The position numbers and the translations under genes were made by a program. The notes below the pieces were generated by a model. The model searched no databases, was not told where the DNA came from, and saw nothing but the letters and a program-made list of their open reading frames with translations. A DNA stretch of 64,000 nucleotides from Eledone cirrhosa (lineage: Eukaryota), in assembly GCA_964016885.1 (NCBI GenBank), contig OZ024740.1, forward strand, positions 362,824,001 to 362,888,000, in the 5' to 3' direction. Of the stretch, positions 54,001 through 64,000 are shown piece after piece. The first letter of the stretch is position 1. Each line of letters begins with the position of its first letter.

Positions 54001-56345
54001 TTGCTCCTATTCTGAAATTTGATACTCCGAATGAGTTCCAAGACATCATTTTCGAAGGGTAGCAATGCTGGGTTCCACGTAGGGTTATTATAGGTTTTAA
54101 ATCCAAATTTATCTTGTTTGTTGTCTGCTTTTCAGGGATTATCGAAATAAAAGGCACGCCAACGCAACCTTTTAATGAACGCGTCTGTTTTCTGTATCAG
54201 GAGTTTTAGGTATGTTTTCCTGCTTGGTACGGGTATGTTCTTTGTAGAATACCGTGACGATGGTCTTTTTACCATGACTAAGTGCGGACCTCGTGCTTGC
54301 GACAGGTTCAGAAAAGAACTCACAGCCTTCTTTAAAGGCTTCAACCTCTCTATACAGGTTGAGGCCAATCTCTCGGTCGTTTATTACCTCGACGTCACCC
54401 TCAATTTATTGAATGGGTTGTATTACCCGTATAGAAAGCCGAATGATACGCTTAATTACATAAGTAAGCATTCCAACCATCCTGCCAGCATAACCGAGAA
54501 CCTGGTAAAAAACGTTTCGTTGAGGCTTTCCCGTCTTTCCACCAACGAGCGCATTTTTAACTAACCATTCCACTTATTACAATGAAGCTCTTGCTCGAAG
54601 TGGATTTGTCGATAAAGTAGCTTATACAGAGTACGAAAATAGACCTAGAAGAAATAGATCCCGTCGCATTTGTTGGTTTAACCCACCATATAATATGGAG
54701 GTGGCCACACCATTAGCTAAGATCTTTCTTTCCCTTATTACGAAACATTTTCCCCCTACACATAAATATAGTAATATTTTTAATAGAAATACTATTAAAA
54801 TTTCTTACTCTACGACTCCTAACCTTGCACATAACATCACAGCTTCAAATTTAGCTAAACTACCTAGCCGTAGGAACACGTGCAACCCTGTAGTTAGTAC
54901 TAACTGTAATTGTAGGAATCGGGCTGATTGCCCCCTATCCGGGAAATGCCTCTCTAGTAACATTGTCTACAAATGTAAGGTTGTAACACCCACGTCCCGT
55001 AGGGCCTACATAGGGTTAACCGCCAATAGTTTCAAGCAGCGTCTTTACATGCATACCCATTCTTTTCGTTACCCTCTAAGAAGGAATATGACGTCACTTT
55101 CAGCTTATATCTGGAGTCTAAAAGACAACCACACCCAATATAAGTTACACTGGGAGATCCTAGCTAGGGCTAGATCGTATAACGGAAATAAAAGACCATG
55201 TGACCTCTGCGCCGCTGAGGCCCTGGAAATACTCTACGCCACAGACCACATCTTAAACAAAAAATCCGAGGCAATTTCGGCTTGTAAACATAAATTGCAC
55301 AAAACTTTCCTGTATTACAGCCCCACGAGATACCCCAACGGATAGCACGATCTATACGTGGATATTTTACGTCTTGATGCGGGAGCTAAGTATATGTTTT
55401 GTTTATTCCTTTAGTTATTTGCATAGGTAAGTATATATTACCCGTATGTTTTGTGAAGGTATGTATACCTTCTCGTATGTATATTTGACTGTTATGGCGT
55501 ATAATTTTTACATATTCTGGTATTTAGGGTTTGGCTATGTGTATACGGGAGTTTTGCGTCTGCGTGAGTATGGAGGTTCGTACGTATGGTGGGTGTGCGT
55601 ATATGTGTACTTCTTGTTTTAGTTGACTTACGTCTCCGAACATTCGTGTATTTATTTGTAGGTATGTGCGTGCGCTTGTTATATACGTATTTATTTACTT
55701 ATATACGTTTATATAATTATTTATTTATTTGTACACAAGCATACACACACACACATTTATATGTGCGTGGTTTCGTATACCTATGGTAAGGTTTTGCGGA
55801 TGCTTGTGTATGTACGTATCTGTTTGCGTGTATGTATTTATTTGTTTCTATTACTTCTGTATTGTATTTATCTACTTTGTTCTGAACTCTGTAGCGGAGA
55901 TTCATTTGGTCTCCTAGTTAGTATTTTAGTCTACGACTTCTGCTATACCATTTATGTGGTTTTGTCTTTGCGTGCTATTGTTCTCCACGCTCCACATATG
56001 ACTTATTATCTTCGTTTTTTCGTTCATTGCCAGAGAATGTCTCTATGCACCACCTAAGAGAACATTAGTCTACGACCTCCTTTATACCATAAACGTGGTT
56101 CTGTCTTTGCACGTAATTGTTTTTCACCGCTCCTATTAATGACGTATTATTCGTTTTTTCCCGTTCTTTGCCAGCGAACGTTACCACGAACCAAAGTATC
56201 GTCTTCCTGTCTTCCTCCGGTTGCAACGTTTTTTGAAATATCCAGTTCTGCGTTTACAGATTGACTTTATTAGTTTCAGAAGATCCCGTTAAGGGTGAAA
56301 GCAGCGATTCTTTGCTTAAACTTTAATCTGTTATTTTAATAAATA
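51050..56345 (-). mobile_element. Naiad-type PLE with long 5' inversion forming a ~5.2 kb palindrome
   Basis: ~51140-53237 is the reverse complement of 54250-56345; ~1 kb unique spacer encodes the RT N-terminal part; HHR at both outer ends. Confidence 0.93.
52143..54251 (-). CDS. Naiad RT + GIY-YIG ORF, 5'-truncated, open except for one in-frame TGA (54132-54134)
   Basis: YSTKNIP..FIKRLRWRAFYF, FGFK, SDKTGNLY, TLKDHK, RLINP.KSDLG, FDINNYYSSI, LYRDDGL, NYLDVT, WFNPPY, CNC..CPL.G.C, IVY..YIG. Confidence 0.85.
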
Positions 56346-56394
56346 TATATATATAATATATATATGTATATATATATATAATATATATATGTAT

Positions 56395-56523
<129 letters not shown>

Positions 56524-57405
56524 GTATAATAAACAATACAATATAATTACCTCATTACCAGAGGTTTTCTGAAAAAGACGAATACGAAAAAACGTCCTCA
56601 TTCGTTCGCCGGACAAGGCAATATAAAACATAGTGAAATATTTGGAAAGTCTCCTCAATAAATGCAATATATATATATATATATAAATAAACGTAATGCA
56701 AGAGATATATAAAATATATAAAAAAATATAAGGAAATATAGCTAGGTGTGTGTATATGTATGTATATACACTCACAAATTTACATATGTATGTACAAATG
56801 CGTGTGTATGTTTAAAATGTGTGCGTAAGTACATATATGAGGGCAAGTATATTTGTGTATATGTAACCACAAATACGGATATAATATGAGTTGAAAAAGA
56901 AAATGATAATATAGTTGACACGTATCCAGAAACAGGTATTAGATACACATACGAGTATGAAAGCACGCGTATAAACACACACACACGCGCGGTCACTTAT
57001 ATGCGGAAGATAAAGAGGGAAGGGAGTATAATAGTTAAAAGAAAGTGTCATTCTCGATATATGTATAAAAATGAAACAATATATGAGAAAGAAAAAAAAT
57101 TTAAATGAAAGAGAAAGTAGTCAATTAACACTAGAGAAAAGAAAAGAAAACAAAACAAACATAGGTACACGTGTACATACACATATATCTATAAAAAACA
57201 TATATCTATAAACAAATATTTATACACGCAAATACGTACAGACAAAAGCGCATGCATGCGTACATACATACACAGGATGCACGTATATACATACATACAT
57301 ATCGCCCCATGTATATACAACCACATACACACATATATATAAATAATTACTTATATATAAAAATATACACATACACACACATACGCACATGTACACGTAC
57401 ATACG

Positions 57406-57442
<37 letters not shown>

Positions 57443-57475
57443 ACACATACACACACGCACACATACACACACACA

Positions 57476-57541
<66 letters not shown>

Positions 57542-57731
57542 GAGTGGAAGGGGTATTCAAATAGTTGGAAATCCGACAAATATAAGAAAATATAAATGTT
57601 TATAACTGATTTAGAGCACTCAACTGTTCCTGGAGTAAATCTTCAAGGATATTAAATATTTAATATCCTTGTATATATATATATACATATATATATATTT
57701 TATGTATATATATATATACACATATATATAT

Positions 57732-57828
57732 ATTTTAATAAATATTTGCTCTACGGTTCTTATATATTTGATATATATTTATCCTTATCGAGGCCTCTTT
57801 GGATTTTAGTCTTCAAATTTATTTTTAT

Positions 57829-57832
<4 letters not shown>
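57732..57832 (+). mobile_element. Naiad terminal tail fragment
   Basis: Reverse complement of 51052-51153; shorter pieces at ~12411-12452 and ~39780-39822. Confidence 0.7.
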
Positions 57833-57865
<33 letters not shown>

Positions 57866-57883
57866 TACATACATATACACACT

Positions 57884-57977
<94 letters not shown>

Positions 57978-57981
<4 letters not shown>

Positions 57982-58086
57982 AAGGGCATCCAACTGTAGA
58001 AAACCTGCCAGATAGTCCTATGCGAGCAAGAAAATCACTCTACCCCCGTCCAAACCCATGCAAGCGTGGAACACGGACGTTAAACG
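57978..58086 (+). mobile_element. SINE/LINE 3' tail fragment
   Basis: aggaagggcatccaactgtagaaa..aacccatgcaagcgtggaacacggacgttaaacg, recognised from memory as a common octopus retroposon tail. Confidence 0.5.
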
Positions 58087-59332
58087 TTGAAACTAGTACA
58101 TCGTTCCTGTGTCAGTGTTGAACAAAAAGGTGACGTGGTTGCCTTAACACCGTATGGCATAAATTCAGGCTGTTCAGTTTGTTTACAAACGAACAAAGCG
58201 ACGTTATAATAAGCGCCGCTAAACTGATACGTGCATATATGTATGTGTACCTGTATGCATATGTATGTGTATATATATATATATATATGTGCATGCTACT
58301 GTACGTCTGTATACATATATGTATGTACGTATACATGCATACTTACATTTAAGTAAGTGCCATACTAAGAGTGAGAAATGAAATTTCGTTTTCATTTTGT
58401 TTCAATTTATCGTTTTCGGTATGCCTGACCGATTTAACTCACTCAATATGCAAATTAGGCTGCTCAGCCGTTAATTTTCATAAGGAAAGTATATACTTTC
58501 GAACGTTCAACTATCTGGCAGATGGGTAAACGGTGCTGATGATAGCTAACAAGCTTGAAACTAGTACATCGTTCCTGTGTCAGTGTTGAACAAAAAGGTG
58601 ACGTGGTTGCCTTAACACCGTATGGCATAAATTCAGGCTGTTCAGTTTGTTTACAAACGAACAAAGCGACGTTATAATAAGCGCCGCTAAACTGATACGT
58701 GCATATATGTATGTGTACCTGTATGCATATGTATGTGTATATATATATATATATATATGTGCATGCTACTGTACGTCTGTATACATATATGTATGTACGT
58801 ATACATGCATACTTACATTTAAGTAAGTGCCATACTAAGAGTGAGAAATGAAATTTCGTTTTCAATTTTGTTTCAATTTATCGTTTTCGGTATGCCTGAC
58901 CGATTTAACTCACTCAATATGCAAATTAGGCTGCTCAGCCGTTAATTTTCATAAGGAAAGTATATACTTTCGAACGTTCAACTATCTGGCAGATGGGTAA
59001 ACGGTGCTGATGATAGCTAACAAGCTTGAAACTAGTACATCGTTCCTGTGTCAGTGTTGAACAAAAAGGTGACGTGGTTGCCTTAACACCGTATGGCATA
59101 AATTCAGGCTGTTCAGTTTGTTTACAAACGAACAAAGCGACGTTATAATAAGCGCCGCTAAACTGATACGTGCATATATGTATGTGTACCTGTATGCATA
59201 TGTATGTGTATATATATATATATATATGTGCATGCTACTGTACGTCTGTATACATATATGTATGTACGTATACATGCATACTTACATTTAAGTAAGTGCC
59301 ATACTAAGAGTGAGAAATGAAATTTCGTTTTC

Positions 59333-59341
<9 letters not shown>
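58087..59341 (+). repeat. Tandem array of a ~470 bp HHR-containing unit (~2.7 copies), retrozyme-like
   Basis: gaaactagtacatcg at 58089, 58557, 59028 (periods 468, 471). Confidence 0.93.
58529..58573 (+). ncRNA. Minimal type I hammerhead ribozyme (GUA site); second copy 59000-59044
   Basis: aacggtg CTGATGA t agct aaca agct t GAAA ctag TA catcgtt; 7-bp stem I, palindromic ACTAGT stem III. Confidence 0.88.
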
Positions 59342-59399
<58 letters not shown>

Positions 59400-59551
59400 A
59401 CGTGTACATGTGCGTATGTGTACGTGTACATGTGCGTATGTGTGTGTATGTGTGTGTATGTGTATATTTTTAAATACATACATACATATACACACATACA
59501 CATACATAAAGTTGCATCACCACATATATATAAAAAAACACATACACACAA

Positions 59552-59628
<77 letters not shown>

Positions 59629-59629
59629 A

Positions 59630-60996
59630 TGATATTAAATAAATGGAAACTATATTTATAAAACCATATTTATTTTATTATATATATTTCATGGGTACCA
59701 AGACATTGGTACGCTTTCATCAAATAAAATACAAAGTTGGTTTTATAAATCGAGACAAACCCATGAAAATCATACCTTATCGGTTGGATATTCACTGGAT
59801 AGTGGAAATATGTTAGGTACTTTTCAAACTTATGTGTGAATATGCAAATGAATATGTAAATGATTGAAAAACAACCGTTTATTTAAACGACTATGGAGAG
59901 AGAGAGAGAGAAGAGAGAAGAGGAGAAGGATAAAATAGTGCGAGAGAGAGAGAAGAAAGAAACAAGAGAAGATGAATAAAAACTCATATAACGTTAATTT
60001 GAGGGAAATATATTTTAAGTATATATCTTAATAGTACGTGTATTTACGATTATTAGTTGTTTAATATTTGTTTATAATATAACATTTTTCTTCCGTTATA
60101 AGTAGATAAATAAATAAATAAATACATAAATAAATAAATAAATACATAAATAAATAAATAAATAAATAGATGGGTATATCATGTTATAGATAATTGTTCT
60201 AAGTTATGAGGGATATTGGTTTTTGTAAAATTTTTCAATATTTTTTCAATAATTTTTCAATATTTTTTCAATACTTTATCAATATTTTTTCAATATTTTT
60301 CAATAGATTTATAACCACCAACTGATTCTGGCTAAATGTATCTTTCAACATCTATACTTATTTTGACTAAAGAGTCTCACACTAACGAATAAATAAATTA
60401 AACCGGAGTTTTTTTTCCATATCTTCCCATTTTAAATCATATAAATATAAATATTCTTATTAACTCAGTTAATTTAATTTAACTTAATATTTATTTACAT
60501 TAAATACAAAACCAATATCTCTCATAACTTATTAGAACAATTATCTATAACATGATATACGCATCTATTTATTTATTTATTTATTTATCTACTTATAACG
60601 GAAGAAAAATATTATATTATAAACAAATTTTAAACAACTAATAATCGTAAATACACGTACTATTAAGAATAGTACTTAGAATACTATTAAGAATAGTACT
60701 TAGAATATATTTCCCTCAAATTAACGTTATATGAATTTTTATTCATCTGCTCTTGTTTCTTTCTTTTCTCTCTCTCGCACTATTTTATCCTTCTGCTCTT
60801 ATCTCTTCTCTCTCTCTCTCCATAGTAGTTTAAATAAACGGTTGTTTTTCAATTATTTACATATTCATTTGCATATATACACATAAGTTTGAAAAATCCC
60901 TAATATATTTCCACTATCCAGTGAATATCCAACCGATAAGGTATGATTTTCATGGGTACGTCTCTATTTATAAAACAAACTTTGTATTTTATCTGA
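59630..60996. mobile_element. Non-coding element with ~500 bp inverted arms, related to the 39262 family
   Basis: ~59719-60222 is the reverse complement of ~60508-60996 (diverged); 59630-59750 is homologous to 39353-39482. Confidence 0.78.
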
Positions 60997-61091
60997 TATA
61001 TATATATATATATATGTGTGTGTGTATGTGTGTGCATGTGCGTGCGCGCGCGTGTGTGTTGTGTGTGTGTGTGTGTCTGTGTGTGTGTGTG

Positions 61092-61414
61092 TATTTATAT
61101 GTATATTTGAAGGCACCCATCGGTCACCAATGACCATGGTTTTGTACCTAGAAAGTTTCCCTCCGTGACACAAACCTGAGTTAGGTTTATTTGTGCAAGA
61201 CCAGCAGTCAGCCATGCATACCAGTCTCCACTCTCGACGCCACCCATGTTGTCCAAGCGCACAGCAAAGGCGGATACAGCTTGGCACTAGTGACGTCGCA
61301 AATAATTTCTACAGCTGGGTGAATTGGAACAACGTGAACTAAAGTGTCTTGTTCAAGGAGACAACACATCGCTCCGTCCGGGAATCCAACTCACAGCACT
61401 AAGCCACATGCCTT
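61092..61414 (-). mobile_element. tRNA-derived CORE-like SINE
   Basis: Minus strand gtggcttagtg, ttggattccc, tgtctccttgaacaagacactt; head shared with 10095-10292. Confidence 0.65.
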
Positions 61415-61432
61415 CATTATATTTGTATATAC

Positions 61433-61446
<14 letters not shown>

Positions 61447-61504
<58 letters not shown>

Positions 61505-61527
61505 ACACACACACACAAACACACACA

Positions 61528-61566
<39 letters not shown>

Positions 61567-61584
61567 ACACACACACATACACAC

Positions 61585-61633
<49 letters not shown>

Positions 61634-61652
61634 CACACGCACACACACACAA

Positions 61653-61684
<32 letters not shown>

Positions 61685-61701
61685 ACACACGCACACACAC
61701 A

Positions 61702-61785
<84 letters not shown>
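61447..61785. repeat. (CA)n microsatellite
   Basis: Direct read. Confidence 0.97.
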
Positions 61786-61799
<14 letters not shown>

Positions 61800-64000
61800 C
61801 ATAAATAACATATATATATATATACATAAATAACATATATATATATATAAAGCAATAAATTTGAAACTTGGAAATCACTGCTACTTTTCTCTTCAGAAAA
61901 GTATATATACACTTTGCCTGCATGTACTGAGTGCTCATTCAGTTAATGTTTCAATGCCCTCAATATTTTAAGCATCCACTTCAGTACACACGCACCACCA
62001 CCCCTACACACACAGATATATATATATGTATATGAGATTCTTGGTGTAAGTAAATTTAATAAATATGTCAAAAACTATAAGTGACTATTCAATATGTATT
62101 TCCTCTTCTAATAGACACAATCGTATTCTAAAGTGAAAATAATCTTAACATATAAATGTCGATGTTTGTGTGAATGTTCCAAGTCGCAAGCCAGAAACTT
62201 GCTCCTAGAAATCTGAACTTTTTATATAGAAACATATTTTGTTTCACATAGAACGCTAAGAGCTATCTTACGTTTTCTTATAACGCAACGTAAATTCTAT
62301 TAATAATGAAGTATCTATACTTTACTATAAAAGGAAATCGTTTTTATAACATAGAACAAAAAAGAGTGAGTGAACGTATATGAATTTAGGAGGTGAAGGT
62401 GAGGATAGTCAATTACGAACAATTATATCCTGATTGCTTGTTCACTAGAGTTTGCAATATGTCCTAAAATTGATCTGGCAACCCTGGAGTAGTTAGCGAA
62501 ATTTCTTAAGTATTCGTAAAATGGCAATCTTTATTTCCATTCTCTCATTTCATACTTTTTTTTTGTTCAAAATGGAATGTATTCATGCAGTTGTATTTAT
62601 CTTAGGTATAAATAGATTCGTCCAAGGCCAGATATTGTAGCTTGTCTGAATATTGTAGCTAGTCTGAAGCCGGCTAAATTCTTATGACAAGTTTTCATTT
62701 TCATATGTTTCACTGATTAAAAGGTAAATGTTTAATAATAATAATCTTCATGCTGAGTCATGGTGATATATTGCATGAAAATGACCATGGTTTTAGACTA
62801 ATTTCTGATGGAAGCGTCTCTGTAACTTCCGGTTTATTCCCTGATGATGTAATTTCAAAATCCCCATCACAATGACGAGCTTTTTAAATATCGAATTTCA
62901 AATAATTATTTTTCTGAACTCTTTTAAGGTTTTTTTTATGTAAACGATCGACATAAATGGTATCTTGTAGTGTTGTGTTGTTGACATTCAACGTTTTTAT
63001 CTGTTAAAACACGTAATTGTTTTTTGTTATATAACAGCGATTACAATGGAAATAAATTGAATAATAATATTTACACGAAGTTGAATGGTTTCATAAGCAA
63101 GATGTATGCGTGACATAACGACAGTTTACTGTGTCGCATTTATTTCTAGTTTCATTTATATTCTATAAATAAAAGAAAATATGTAATCACAAAAAGAGTG
63201 GATAAAGAAAAAAAAAAGATGAATTTTTTAATTGGAAGGGGAAAGAGAAGTGGCAAAATTTGCTTGGCTGGGTATTTTATCTCAGCTCTGCTCTACGGAC
63301 AAAATGGTGAAATCATTGTCGTGCAGATCAGCCAGAGACAGCCGATGCATCAGCTATTCCACTTATAAATTATTTCCTTTTAAAGAAAAAAGAGCAATAG
63401 GTAAAGGACAAGGATAAGTAAGACAATAGAGACGATATAAACAAGTAAACACTGAAAATAAGAAGAAAGTAATTTAACAATTACAAATAAAATTGATGGA
63501 CCTCCATCGGCTTCGACCATGAGAGTTCCAGATGTACGTTCAACGGAACAGATCGTTCAAGAAATAAACTTGTAAGGGGATTAACATTCTACATACATGT
63601 ACACTTTTATCAAAATTCCCAGGGAGATTCATCAGGAAACAATATGTGATAAGGATGTGTCATTGAATTATAGGTACAGTCCATCCGATGGGTTTGTAAA
63701 CAGTTTTCGTTTACTCAGGTTCACTCATAAGGAATAGAACGATCCGAGTTTATGGTAAATGTCGCTTATGCAACCCAGGAACAAATAAATGCAACTTCTT
63801 AACCATTCGGCTATGCTGCGTCCACTAAATATAATAGGATTCTAAGGATGATTAGTTTCTTTAAATTAAGGCTAAATTCTCAATCGGGATATAGGCCTGA
63901 ACAGCGGGTTCAGAGAAAACCATCACAGGACAAAAATCTCAGAACAAAATTTCACGCTCATACATATATTCGTACACACGCGCAAGCGTGACAACAGCAA

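Noticed and set aside
55346-56270. SECIS element in the Naiad 3' UTR
   Set aside because: ATGA sites present, but none with the apical AA and closing GA at the expected spacing by eye; needs software.
56564-56630. HHR-like gtttt CTGAAAA gacgaat..attcgtt..aaaac
   Set aside because: C3-A8 mismatch and no GAAA; at most a dead relic, not counted.
62312-62340. Helitron-like 5' end TCTATACTTTACTATAAAAG
   Set aside because: No 3' hairpin/CTAG partner identified; too short to call.
62842-62900. CTGATGA motif
   Set aside because: No matching stem II/GAAA/stem I arrangement found.
63480-63825. Possible old minus-strand SINE
   Set aside because: Only faint tRNA-head and tail resemblance; boundaries unsupported.
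61900-64000. Host exon or promoter in the unique-looking right end
   Set aside because: No ORF with recognisable homology and no convincing splice-bounded segment.

Overview
Gene-free, extremely AT-rich eukaryotic DNA made almost entirely of transposable elements nested in (TA)n/(CA)n microsatellites. The SINE types and repeat landscape suggest an octopus/coleoid mollusc (inference, not searched). Protein-coding remnants: three CR1-group LINEs (two copies of one family whose ORF1 has a Myb/SANT-like domain plus a CCCH finger), Penelope-like elements (PLEs) of Neptune and Naiad type (one Naiad forms a ~5.2 kb palindrome and has a single in-frame UGA), and an internally degenerate LTR element. 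The main signal is invisible in the ORF track. By hand-folding I count about 29 type-I hammerhead ribozyme (HHR) motifs in about 12 unrelated sequence families. They lie in PLE terminal repeats, in short non-coding (TA)n-flanked inverted-repeat elements, and in two tandem retrozyme-like arrays with one HHR per unit (6 x ~566 bp at 28945-32407; ~2.7 x ~470 bp at 58087-59341, the latter with an octamer and TATA-like box upstream of the ribozyme). Several HHRs have non-canonical cores (U3-A8 covariant; U4A). All structures and coordinates are manual reads; ribozyme activity is untested.
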